Positions 7,516-16,961 of a stretch of 64,000 bases of DNA are shown one piece after another (the stretch's first letter is position 1; each line of letters starts with the position of its first letter). The position numbers and the translations under genes were made by a program. Source of the DNA: a bacterium (GTDB lineage Bacteria > Patescibacteriota > Patescibacteriia > JACQRZ01). The DNA is taken from positions 1,062-65,061 of the forward strand of contig JAHFJA010000001.1 in the NCBI GenBank assembly GCA_023246095.1. The letters are read 5' to 3'. The notes under the pieces were generated by a model. That model saw only the letters and a program-made list of their open reading frames with translations. It did no database searches and was not told where the DNA came from.

Positions 7516-9780
7516 TTACAAATTCCCTGCTGGAATCTTTTCCAAGTCCTTATTTGTAATACCGATACTGTAATTACGCATTAACTTATAGGCTTCATCC
7601 CCATTTTTCAGATAATAACGCAATCCAGTTTTTGGATAGACGTACCATGCCTCTCCTTTTGATTGAACTTGAAGCAATATCTTCCCTTTTACATCTTTCA
7701 TTGTTGTTGGATAAGCTTTCTTTTCACCTACTTGTGGTAATCGTTTCAAGTCAGTATTCGTAATACCAACCCCAAATTTTCGCATCATGCTATAAGCAGA
7801 CGCACCATCTTTCATATAGTATCTTTTCCCATCTATCGGATTCACATACCATGCTTCACCTTTGGATTCGGTCTGAAGTAAAATATATCCTTTAAGTTTA
7901 TTTTGTAAGTTTTTATCAATGGATTTATTGTTTGTGCTAGCCGATGGATTATTTTGTCCTGACCCGTTACTATCGGCAATAAATAGATTCAATGAATTAA
8001 GAGTATTTAAATCAATATTTTCTAACACAGATGACACTCGTGAATAAGAATTACTACTGCCAGAGTCATAGACATAGCTAGATCCATTGATCCAGCTATT
8101 TACTTTATTTACAGACAAAAGATATCCCATAGAGTTAAGGCTACCTTTTACCACTGCCGATGGTATACCAATAAATGTGCCATTTTTAAGATAAGCACCG
8201 CCACCCGAATTGCCGTGTTCGATGATTGCAGTAGTTTTCAAGTAATTGCCATCAACACCACTAAAATCACCACTAGTATATGTTATTTTCGTACCAAACT
8301 TTGCTGGGTACCCATACGTTGTAATCTTGTCACCCAAACCAAGGTTACTACTGTTACTATTTCCAAGACTAATATAAGTAAGAATCCTATTTGTAGGATT
8401 TCTCAATTTTAATATTGCGACGTCTGTATCGCTTGATACTTTGTAAATATCGGCAATTTGTCTATCACCAAAGTACGGTTCATCATTGTAATTATCAATA
8501 AAACCAACCAAACATCCTGGAGTACCATCAACAACATGTTTATTTGTCAAAATTGTTCCGCTTGAATCAATAACCGTACCAGAACCCTGGCTTGCCATGG
8601 TTTTATCAATAGGACAAATAAGTTTGACAGTAGCTCTGATGATTGTACTTTGATTGGCAATTCCCAAATCTTCGGTCGGCGTTTGTAATTTTGGTTGATT
8701 TGGTGCAACACAGTATTGGGATGTTGGAGGCGATGCCGTTTCAACAGACGAACAATCAAATGTTTTAGTACAGCTTCTTGTTTGTATTCCTTGAGGTGAG
8801 CATGATCCCCAATCACCACATTGCCATGTATCTACAGAACAAGATGGCGCAGTATATGGCGGGACATAAGTGCAAGATTGAGTCGAAGAAGGCGAAGGTG
8901 TACCCCCTACACAATTTGATATTTTATTACAAGATCTGTTCTGAATTCCATTAGCGGCACAAGATCCCCAGCTACTACAAGACCAATCGTCTGTCGTACA
9001 GGTTAAAATAGGAGTACAACTTTGACTTAAAATTGGATTTCCACCTATACAACTAGACGGGGACGATGACACAACGGTGCGAGACTGTTGCCCCTGTGGA
9101 GAACATGCCCCCCAATCAGAATATTTAAAAGATCCGCACGCTGGTGCTAACACATTTACATCAAATGAAGGACTTTGGTAACCATTATTTTGATTACTAC
9201 TTCCGTAATATACCTTTAACGTGTTTGTTCCTATCTTAAAATAACTATTAGCCGTTGATAAAACAATCCTCGCATCCGACCAACTGGCTACAGGTAAAGC
9301 ACTTGCGTATCCTCCTACACTTAAATTTACCACTTTCCCTGCTTCAGAATTGTTAAATCCTTCTCCGTTTATTTCCAATTGATCACCAAGTGTGAGTTGT
9401 GAAGGATAAGAAGTGATCTTAAGTGAAACAAGTAGCTGGCTGGTTCCATAGACAACTCCGTCACTAGCAATAACCTTTATGTTGGCTAAACCCTCAACTT
9501 GAGGCGGGACAGTTACCGAGATAGAATCTTGTCCCCATGACGTGATTGTCGCAGGAGTATCATTTAATAAAACACTTCCTTGTGTTGTTCCAAATCCGTT
9601 TGGACATCCATTGTTATTAACTACATTAATATTAAAATCAGAGATTCTGCCAGTACCCCATGTTATATTATTTTCCGTGATAAACTGACATGGGGCTGCC
9701 ATTGCGGTTTTTGTAGCCACAGAACCAAGAGATATAAATATGATTCCGACAGCAAATAACAGAAAAAAATATTTTTTCAT
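7516..9780 (-). CDS. Secreted trypsin-like serine protease with IPT/TIG-like domains, TSP1-like Cys repeats and C-terminal CPR repeats
   Basis: Signal peptide; WG.C...G.Q.R repeats; triad LTNKHVV / TDVAIL / GNSGG; ILLQ..SKGEAWYV.P twice. Confidence 0.8.
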   Translation of the reverse strand: MKKYFFLLFAVGIIFISLGSVATKTAMAAPCQFITENNITWGTGRISDFNINVVNNNGCPNGFGTTQGSVLLNDTPATITSWGQDSISVTVPPQVEGLANIKVIASDGVVYGTSQLLVSLKITSYPSQLTLGDQLEINGEGFNNSEAGKVVNLSVGGYASALPVASWSDARIVLSTANSYFKIGTNTLKVYYGSSNQNNGYQSPSFDVNVLAPACGSFKYSDWGACSPQGQQSRTVVSSSPSSCIGGNPILSQSCTPILTCTTDDWSCSSWGSCAANGIQNRSCNKISNCVGGTPSPSSTQSCTYVPPYTAPSCSVDTWQCGDWGSCSPQGIQTRSCTKTFDCSSVETASPPTSQYCVAPNQPKLQTPTEDLGIANQSTIIRATVKLICPIDKTMASQGSGTVIDSSGTILTNKHVVDGTPGCLVGFIDNYNDEPYFGDRQIADIYKVSSDTDVAILKLRNPTNRILTYISLGNSNSSNLGLGDKITTYGYPAKFGTKITYTSGDFSGVDGNYLKTTAIIEHGNSGGGAYLKNGTFIGIPSAVVKGSLNSMGYLLSVNKVNSWINGSSYVYDSGSSNSYSRVSSVLENIDLNTLNSLNLFIADSNGSGQNNPSASTNNKSIDKNLQNKLKGYILLQTESKGEAWYVNPIDGKRYYMKDGASAYSMMRKFGVGITNTDLKRLPQVGEKKAYPTTMKDVKGKILLQVQSKGEAWYVYPKTGLRYYLKNGDEAYKLMRNYSIGITNKDLEKIPAGNL

Positions 9781-9870
9781 AATGTTATTAATATAGTTTA
9801 CTTGCTATTAATATGACACAAAAGATTGTCCAAGACAATAGCTCTACAATAGATTAGTGTGCCCGTTTCT

Positions 9871-10184
9871 TTCTTGCAAACTCTGCTCAAAAAGCATATC
9901 GTTAGTAATACAAAGACATGGCGGAAGGGGGGTGTGGGGGGAATTCCGCCATGTACCAATCCGGCGTCCGTCTCCGCCAGTTGGCGGATAATGGAGGCGC
10001 ATCAAAATTCCGCGTCTGGATTCTCTTGAAAAAAAGTTCGGATTTTGTTCAAGAGAGACAGGTGTGTGTATATGCCCCCTCTTTCGCCCCCTTTGGGGGC
10101 TTGAGAGTTTTGAAACCCAATTGAACCCAACCCCATTTTTCCCCTGAATTCAAAAACAAAATCCCATGGTTTAGTAAAATCCAC
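9871..10184 (-). repeat. Complete inverted attP-like copy containing both island ends
   Basis: 9871-10061 is the reverse complement of 4432-4622; 10059-10184 is the reverse complement of 11631-11756; shared core 10059-10061. Confidence 0.9.
9874..9902 (+). promoter_or_regulatory. Putative promoter facing the integrase
   Basis: TTGCAA-17 nt-TATCGT; the left copy reads TATTGT. Confidence 0.5.
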
Positions 10185-10247
10185 TTTCCGCCTATGGCGG
10201 AAATATCCAAAGCGACACACAATATAATTCATATAGCCACCTCTAAT

Positions 10248-11813
10248 ATGAATACGTTCTTTCTCTACGCTCGCAAATCAACGGATGAACCTGACAGGCA
10301 GATCCTTTCCATTGAGGCACAAATAACCGAACTTCGTGAATTTGCCCAGCGAGAACATCTTGATATCGTGGATACCTTTATTGAATCGCAAACAGCCAAA
10401 GAACCAGGGCGCCCCATATTCAACAAAATGCTTGATCGTGTAGAGAAAGGCGGTGCTAATGGTATTTTGGCGTGGCATCCTGATAGACTTGCTCGCAACA
10501 GTGTGGACGGAGGGCGTGTAATCTATCTCACCGACACGAGAAAGCTTGTCGACCTCAAATTCCCCACCTTTTGGTTTGATGCCACGCCACAGGGCAAATT
10601 CATGCTCAATATCGCATTTGGACAGTCAAAGTACTATGTAGATAATCTCTCGGAGAATGTAAAACGAGGATTACGGCAAAAAGTACGGCGAGGCGAACAG
10701 GTCGGACGAGCACCGATGGGATATCTCAATGATCTTGTGACAAAGAAGATGATACCTGATCCCCAACACTGTCGCCTCATCCGAAAAGTATTTGAGCTGT
10801 ATGCGACAGGCAATTATTCTCTCAAATCCCTCCGAGAGATTATCTTTGACGAAGGATTGATGAGTGGAACAGGCAAAAAGCTCTCTATTTCCATGATACA
10901 AAAAATCCTCACCAATCCATTTTATTATGGTGCGTTTCTCTTTAACGGAGAGCTTTTTGCGGGTACTCATGAACCATGCGTGTCAAAGAAACTGTTTGGG
11001 CAAGTACAAGCAATCCTGACAAGCAAGACAAATCCGAAAAAACGAGGCGAGAAGCAGTATCCACTTCGAGGTTTATTTATCTGTGGCGAGTGCGGATGCA
11101 GTATCACATCAGAAACACACAAAGGACATGACTACTATCGTTGTACCAAGAAAAAGGATGTAAAATGCTCGCAAAAATATATTCGCGAAGAGCTTCTCGC
11201 CCAACAACTATCAGAGATGATACAATCAGTTTCTTTACCCACAGATTGGGCAGAAAATATGCTTGAACAACTGGAAACAGACGAAACAAGTACCGCCCAA
11301 TCTGATGTCCTTTTCGCTCAAACCATTAAGGATCAGATAAAAATGTGTGAAACAAAACTGGATACCCTGCTGGACGCGCACCTTGAGCAGGTCATAACAA
11401 GGGATGAATATACCAGCAAGAAAAACAAGGTGATGTCTCAAAAAATGGATTTGGAGCAAACACTAAATGAATTTGAGCGAAAGGGCAACGCATGGCTCGA
11501 ACGCACTCGTGCGTTCATAAATACCGCTAATCAAGCGGAAAAAGTCGCTTTGGATGAAAATTTGTTTGCAAAAAAAGATTTTCTAAAAAAACACGGCTCG
11601 AACCGCCTCCTCGCCGACAAAACGGCTCGGGTGGATTTTACCAAACCATGGGATTTTGTTTTTGAATTCAGGGAAAAAATGGGGTTGGGTTCAATTGGGT
11701 TTCAAAACTCTCAAGCCCCCAAAGGGGGCGAAAGAGGGGGCATATACACACACCTGCGGGACATGGACTCGAACCATGATACCATCCTCCAGAGGGATGT
11801 GTCCTACCATTAG
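10248..11813 (+). CDS. Large serine recombinase (resolvase + recombinase + Zn-ribbon + coiled coil)
   Basis: YARKST catalytic Ser; DRLARN; NPFYYG; CGECG..YYRC..KC; 3' end runs antisense into the tRNA. Confidence 0.95.
   Translation: MNTFFLYARKSTDEPDRQILSIEAQITELREFAQREHLDIVDTFIESQTAKEPGRPIFNKMLDRVEKGGANGILAWHPDRLARNSVDGGRVIYLTDTRKLVDLKFPTFWFDATPQGKFMLNIAFGQSKYYVDNLSENVKRGLRQKVRRGEQVGRAPMGYLNDLVTKKMIPDPQHCRLIRKVFELYATGNYSLKSLREIIFDEGLMSGTGKKLSISMIQKILTNPFYYGAFLFNGELFAGTHEPCVSKKLFGQVQAILTSKTNPKKRGEKQYPLRGLFICGECGCSITSETHKGHDYYRCTKKKDVKCSQKYIREELLAQQLSEMIQSVSLPTDWAENMLEQLETDETSTAQSDVLFAQTIKDQIKMCETKLDTLLDAHLEQVITRDEYTSKKNKVMSQKMDLEQTLNEFERKGNAWLERTRAFINTANQAEKVALDENLFAKKDFLKKHGSNRLLADKTARVDFTKPWDFVFEFREKMGLGSIGFQNSQAPKGGERGGIYTHLRDMDSNHDTILQRDVSYH
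11631..11756 (+). repeat. Right att junction arm; 126-bp inverted repeat of 10059-10184
   Basis: Manual alignment, 2 mismatches. Confidence 0.95.
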
Positions 11814-11824
11814 ACGATCCCGCA
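11754..11824 (-). tRNA. tRNA-Gln (anticodon CTG), CCA not encoded
   Basis: Acceptor TGCGGGA/TCCCGCA; anticodon arm CATCC-CTCTGGA-GGATG; T-arm CATGG-TTCGAGT-CCATG. Confidence 0.95.
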
Positions 11825-11847
11825 GTTCTAAGTACATGCGATAATTT

Positions 11848-12930
11848 TTACTCTCTCATACACCCCTTCACGATGGCGACCTCAAGCGGCAATTGAGGTA
11901 ACGAAAACCATTTTGCGTCTTTTTGCGCTGACATCCAATGGCTAATCAGCGTTAATATCTCTCCCATAGAGAGAACTGATGAAAGCTCAATAAATTTCAA
12001 GTTTGCCACTTCATCAGCATCCACCAACCCTGCCACATTATTTTTGTACAACATGATGTTGCGAAGGTACTCTATCATATCCCCCACAAAGACATCAAGA
12101 TCTACCCCATTCTCAATCAATTGATCAACGAGTGTAAGGCCTTTATGCGAGTCTTTAACACTCAGTGCATCAGCCATAGCTAATACAAGCGCATGATCAG
12201 TGCGAGGTAATATCGCGGACGCATCTTTATAAGTGATCGCATCTCCCAGTGATAAGACTTGACCTAAGAGACTCTCTGCATCACGCTGACACCCTTGAGA
12301 AAGTCGAACAATATCCTGCAACACCTCTTTCTCAATTGTCTTTTTTTCACATTTCGTGATAAACGCCAAACGAGCAAACATTTCCTTTGCAGGAATTTTT
12401 TTGAAATCAAACCGTTCACATCGAGAAATAATTGTCGCGGGAACTTTATGGAGTTCAGTAGTAGCAAATATAAACACGACATGGGCTGGCGGTTCTTCAA
12501 GAAGTTTGAGTAGTGCATTAAAGGCCGAAGTGGAAAGCATGTGCACTTCATCGATAATGAATACCTTATTGACCAACTGAGCATTAGCCACTTTCGCCGC
12601 ACCTATTATATTCTCACGCACATTATCAACCCCCGTGTGTGATGCAGCATCGATTTCAATGACATCAAGAGTACGTCGATCCAAAATCGACCGACAAGGA
12701 TCACATTCGTTACATGGCTCAGCCGTCCCAGGTTTTCGTTTTATACAATTTATGGCACGCGCAAAAACACGTGCAGTTGTTGTCTTTCCCACTGCGCGAG
12801 GTCCGGAAAACATGTATGCATGGGCAATACCTCCCGCGATGATTTCGTTTTGCAACGTCAACTTGATCGGCTCTTGCCCGATGATGTCAGCAAAAAGCTG
12901 TGGACGATAGGTTCGGTAAATTGCGCTCAT
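11848..12930 (-). CDS. dnaX: DNA polymerase III subunit gamma/tau
   Basis: YRPQ.F, GPRAVGKTT, Cys cluster, EIDAAS, IIDEVHML, SRC. Confidence 0.97.
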   Translation of the reverse strand: MSAIYRTYRPQLFADIIGQEPIKLTLQNEIIAGGIAHAYMFSGPRAVGKTTTARVFARAINCIKRKPGTAEPCNECDPCRSILDRRTLDVIEIDAASHTGVDNVRENIIGAAKVANAQLVNKVFIIDEVHMLSTSAFNALLKLLEEPPAHVVFIFATTELHKVPATIISRCERFDFKKIPAKEMFARLAFITKCEKKTIEKEVLQDIVRLSQGCQRDAESLLGQVLSLGDAITYKDASAILPRTDHALVLAMADALSVKDSHKGLTLVDQLIENGVDLDVFVGDMIEYLRNIMLYKNNVAGLVDADEVANLKFIELSSVLSMGEILTLISHWMSAQKDAKWFSLPQLPLEVAIVKGCMRE

Positions 12931-12932
12931 TG

Positions 12933-13853
12933 TTAGAATTTTTTAATAATATTTTCTACCGCTGCCCATCGTGATGGTTTATCGCGTGGAACCAGTATGA
13001 CAACTTCGTCACCAATCACCCCTTTGAAGTATGTCACACTTGCAGTGATCACGCGCCATGAACGCCCTTCTCCTGTGACCATGAATGTATGAGTCTCAGG
13101 ATCAGTTTCGAGAATCCCTACAACACGACGACGTGCGGCAGGTCCTATCTGCTTATATATAAACGAGCCATTGTGACTGATATTGAGTTTAAGTACGTCT
13201 CCTTCAACCAGCTTTGATTTGGATGCGTAGTTTGGTGGAATTGAATACTGTTTTCCATCCGGTCCCACCATCCCCTGTCCATCAAAAATTCCCTCAATAG
13301 CATTCTCATCATCTTCCCCCACTTCATGTTCGTGAGATGGTGTGTGATGAGGAGGAACATTTGTTGGATGATACGTATGGCGCGTCGTATCAATCGCCAT
13401 ACCGGGCACTAATTGAGACAATGGATGATTGTCTCTGTCCGGATGAGGAGCTAGGTGGCCTCCTTGTTCGTCATGTATCAGATCAATCGCTTTTTGAACG
13501 TTTCTTTTTATATCTTCAAGAGTATGTTTCAAAAGCTCAAGACGAGGGCTGGGATGCGAAGGCGCTTGCTCATGAGGATGTTCGTGATGGTCATGGAGGG
13601 GTGCCGGCTTCTCTTCTGGCACGGCCACCGTGGGCATATCATGTTCAATCTCAAGAAGCGCTTCATCGAGGCTTCTCATGCCTGATTCCTGAGTGGCAGC
13701 GACCGGTTGTGGGGGCAACGAAGTGGATACAGACGGCGCCAATTCCTCAACGCGTTCAGGCTCGGGGACTATTGATGCGGTAGGCGATACATTATCAGAT
13801 ACTGAACTTTGAACATTTTGCTGTTTAGGAAAAAACCAGAAGGAGTCCGACAT
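12933..13853 (-). CDS. Conserved CPR-type hypothetical protein with low-complexity N-terminus
   Basis: C-terminal EGIFDG..YSIPPNYASKSKLVEGD.LKL domain, recalled from CPR genomes. Confidence 0.7.
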   Translation of the reverse strand: MSDSFWFFPKQQNVQSSVSDNVSPTASIVPEPERVEELAPSVSTSLPPQPVAATQESGMRSLDEALLEIEHDMPTVAVPEEKPAPLHDHHEHPHEQAPSHPSPRLELLKHTLEDIKRNVQKAIDLIHDEQGGHLAPHPDRDNHPLSQLVPGMAIDTTRHTYHPTNVPPHHTPSHEHEVGEDDENAIEGIFDGQGMVGPDGKQYSIPPNYASKSKLVEGDVLKLNISHNGSFIYKQIGPAARRRVVGILETDPETHTFMVTGEGRSWRVITASVTYFKGVIGDEVVILVPRDKPSRWAAVENIIKKF

Positions 13854-13939
13854 ATCTTTTTTGTTATATTTTAGCCTTTTTGTTATTGTTTTGATCCTAG
13901 CACAGTGATGATTTTGGTCAACACCTCCCTTTTAAAATA

Positions 13940-16456
13940 CTAAAGAACGGTTTGCTTTGCACGATCAAGTATTTCTTGCTCCACGATAGTCCTATCCCGA
14001 CCATGTTTGAGACGAGATAATTGACGAATTGCCTCTGCAACGTCAAGACTACCATGAGCAGGAGCAAACGTGCGCATGTTAAACGGGCGCGCAGCAGTAC
14101 CATTGATAAGCAATCTGACATACGCATGAGTTCGTTCAATGTTTATCACGTCAAATTGATTGAACACGGGCGCCATCTGTTTTGAGACCAGCTCAGCATC
14201 ATCTACACCAACGCGAAAGTTCACAATCGTACCCACGTTTCCAAAGACTGCATCTCGTACTTTCGTATCCCCTGCTTTTGGTGTCAACTGTGCAATATAT
14301 TGGTGACCCATGGTCAGACATAACCGATATTTTCGCGCCTCAGAAAGAATCACTGCGATACTGTCGGTAATAAAGTTTTGGAACTCGTCGATATAGAGAA
14401 AGAAATCATGTCTCTCACTTTCTGGTATTTCACCGCGCGATAGTGCAGCCATGGTAATCTTACTCACCATGATGAGTCCCAACAAGTACGCATTCAAATC
14501 TCCCAATTTACCTTTACTCAATTTGACTAACAAAATCTTTTTCTCATCCATGAGTTCACGAATATTGAATGCACTGTTTTGCTGACCTATAATAGGACGC
14601 ATGATGTCATTGGCAACAAACTGGTTCAACTTTGAAGTAATATACGGCACCATATTAGCCAGTGCTGCCTCTCCTCCCGCCTTTTGCGCCTCCTTAACCC
14701 AAAAATCATGTACGACCGGATTTTTACACTTGGAAAGTTTGTATTTACGAAACTCTTCATCGGCCAACACTTTTGAGACTTCCATCAACGTAGACCCGGA
14801 CTCTGGGTCTTCCATGATCAAAAGCAACGCATTTCGCAAATATTGTTCAAACATTGGACCACCCGTCGAACGCAAATCATACAACTTATCCAATATCATG
14901 ATAAATTCATTGATAACAAACGTTTTTTGTTCAGGAAATCGAGGATCAAATTCCAATAAGTTTAAACCCTTTGGTCGTTCGTAATCAGCCGGATCAAACA
15001 AAACAACATCATCAGCGCGTTCAGGAGGGATAGTGCTCAGGATGTGATCAATTGCTTCGCCGTGAGGATCAATGAAACAGCAACCTTCACCATTACGAAT
15101 ATCTTGAACGATCATATTTTGCATGAGCGTAGTCTTTCCCGATCCTGTCATACCAATCACATACATGTGACGCCTTCGATCATCCGCACGTATGTGGACA
15201 GGAGTAATAATGCCACGATAGAGGTTTTCTCCCAGCAAGACTCCTTCCGTCGGCATATTTTGTGGTGGGGGTGCGCTTCGTGATTTGAGCCATTCAATAT
15301 TCGGCGTTTCTGTGGTGCTCAAAGGCAAATGAAAGAGACTTGCCAATTCTTCCGCATTAAGAATGAATGACTGACGATTGTCAAAATGCCGATAAATTGA
15401 GTGTTGCACGACAGACGGTTTTTTCGCTCGCTTAATTTTAATTATGGCTACCCCTGATTCCGGCCCAGTATATTGAGCAAAGGCGTTGGTTACATTGTAT
15501 ACCTGCATATCCGCAAGAGCTTGCGTTTGTGCTGAGCCAATGACACGAATATTGGTTTGAAAACCTGCCTTTGACCCTTTTTCCTCAACAGCTTTTACCA
15601 AATCCTGCTCGAGTGGAGACATACGATGCTCTGTGGGGCCGGATTTATCGCTGGATGACTTCAACGTATCCATAGTGGCCGATCCCGTCTTTTTTAAAAC
15701 TCCCCAAGCAAGATCACCCGCCGAGCCAATATTGGCAGCACTCATTGCTTTTTTTACCGTCTTGCCGTGCTGCATTTCCTTGGCAAACGCCTGTCCTTTT
15801 GATCTCCACGATGGCGGTGCGGTGCGTATCGTCATCTGAATCACAACACCTTGCCCCTGCGCTACTTGGCTCAACGCATTTGTTAGAGCATTTAATGGAT
15901 CGGAGTCCATTTTACGGTAGGTGCGTAAAGGAAAAATCCAATGTTTACTAAGTTGTAGTGCGGCTGCACTGACACCCCCATGAGGGAGAAAAATATTATA
16001 ATCAGCGGTCTCTTCAACATATGCTGACGGGTACTGAGCAAGTAATTGTTGTTCAAAAAAAGATTGAAGATAGTCGGGAACGATGACAAAAAACTTTATC
16101 AGTCCATCAATAGCAACTATTTCAAAAGTAATCTCATCTTCTCGTCCAAAAAAATATGCTTTCCATTTGTCACGGGGACGCAATGAGCCCAGTGAAAGAT
16201 ACAGCGATTCTGCAACTGCCACTACCTCTTTATATTCTCCTTTTCCCCCTTTTTCTTCCTCTTCTTCCCGCGACCCCTCTTTTGGCACTTTTATTTGAAG
16301 TATTTTTTTCTGTAAGGCATTGTGTTCGACATATCGTTGCGTGAGCACAGATCGGAGTACGGACAGCCCTAGCACTGCCACTAATGCGGCAACACCGCCC
16401 CACCATAAAACAGACAGAAGGATGTTACCCGCAATGAGGGAAATAATAATATCCAT
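13940..16456 (-). CDS. Membrane-anchored VirB4/TraG/HerA-like P-loop ATPase
   Basis: RRRHMYVIGMTGSGKT, FIDPHG, LYIDEFQ, SEARKY. Confidence 0.85.
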   Translation of the reverse strand: MDIIISLIAGNILLSVLWWGGVAALVAVLGLSVLRSVLTQRYVEHNALQKKILQIKVPKEGSREEEEEKGGKGEYKEVVAVAESLYLSLGSLRPRDKWKAYFFGREDEITFEIVAIDGLIKFFVIVPDYLQSFFEQQLLAQYPSAYVEETADYNIFLPHGGVSAAALQLSKHWIFPLRTYRKMDSDPLNALTNALSQVAQGQGVVIQMTIRTAPPSWRSKGQAFAKEMQHGKTVKKAMSAANIGSAGDLAWGVLKKTGSATMDTLKSSSDKSGPTEHRMSPLEQDLVKAVEEKGSKAGFQTNIRVIGSAQTQALADMQVYNVTNAFAQYTGPESGVAIIKIKRAKKPSVVQHSIYRHFDNRQSFILNAEELASLFHLPLSTTETPNIEWLKSRSAPPPQNMPTEGVLLGENLYRGIITPVHIRADDRRRHMYVIGMTGSGKTTLMQNMIVQDIRNGEGCCFIDPHGEAIDHILSTIPPERADDVVLFDPADYERPKGLNLLEFDPRFPEQKTFVINEFIMILDKLYDLRSTGGPMFEQYLRNALLLIMEDPESGSTLMEVSKVLADEEFRKYKLSKCKNPVVHDFWVKEAQKAGGEAALANMVPYITSKLNQFVANDIMRPIIGQQNSAFNIRELMDEKKILLVKLSKGKLGDLNAYLLGLIMVSKITMAALSRGEIPESERHDFFLYIDEFQNFITDSIAVILSEARKYRLCLTMGHQYIAQLTPKAGDTKVRDAVFGNVGTIVNFRVGVDDAELVSKQMAPVFNQFDVINIERTHAYVRLLINGTAARPFNMRTFAPAHGSLDVAEAIRQLSRLKHGRDRTIVEQEILDRAKQTVL

Positions 16457-16459
16457 ATC

Positions 16460-16945
16460 TTATTCTTTTGCGTTGAGAAATAATATTTTCTCCGCTTTTA
16501 TTTTTGACTCCTGCTCAATGAAGTAATAATTCACGCCAGGAAGAAGCGTTAACCATCGACGAATCAAATATACAAGATACGAAATCTTCATGGTCGCTTG
16601 GCCCATCAAGTACTCGATACGAGAGGCTGTCAGGTCACCTTGTTGTCGAAATATGACTCTCCTTTCGGGAGGAAGTTCCAAATACAAAAATTTAAGATCT
16701 TCTTCAAGGACCTTTTCAATATTGCGTCGAACGGGAGATTTCACGATAGGTGCCACCAAGGCAGTGGAGGTCGAGACAGCAGGAACTTCTTGCGTCGGCG
16801 TTGCTTCCTGCGCTTCTTGTGACACTTCTATCGATTTTTCAACGTTAACCGCAGGCTTTTCGTTGTGCTCGGTCACCTCAGGCGAGCGTATGACTTCAGG
16901 AATTGAAGGCATAACTTCAGCCACAGGACGAGCGAGATCAGGCAT
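16460..16945 (-). CDS. Conserved hypothetical protein
   Basis: WL.LLPGVN..FIEQESKIK; in an operon with the ATPase. Confidence 0.7.
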   Translation of the reverse strand: MPDLARPVAEVMPSIPEVIRSPEVTEHNEKPAVNVEKSIEVSQEAQEATPTQEVPAVSTSTALVAPIVKSPVRRNIEKVLEEDLKFLYLELPPERRVIFRQQGDLTASRIEYLMGQATMKISYLVYLIRRWLTLLPGVNYYFIEQESKIKAEKILFLNAKE

Positions 16946-16961
16946 AATGATTATCTTTATT

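Larger units (their letters stand above)
4432..11756. mobile_element. Large serine recombinase genomic island integrated at the tRNA-Gln 3' end
   Basis: CTG core at 4432-4434 and 11754-11756; the two ends appear joined in an inverted internal copy at 9871-10184; integrase adjacent to the tRNA. Confidence 0.85.

Noticed and set aside
9918-10232. ORFs 9918-10124 (+) and 10002-10232 (-) as independent genes
   Set aside because: They lie within the att repeat; the minus ORF is the duplicated integrase 3' end
13940-16456. Conjugative element or type IV secretion system
   Set aside because: Lone VirB4-like ATPase among core genes, with no relaxase or other T4SS genes
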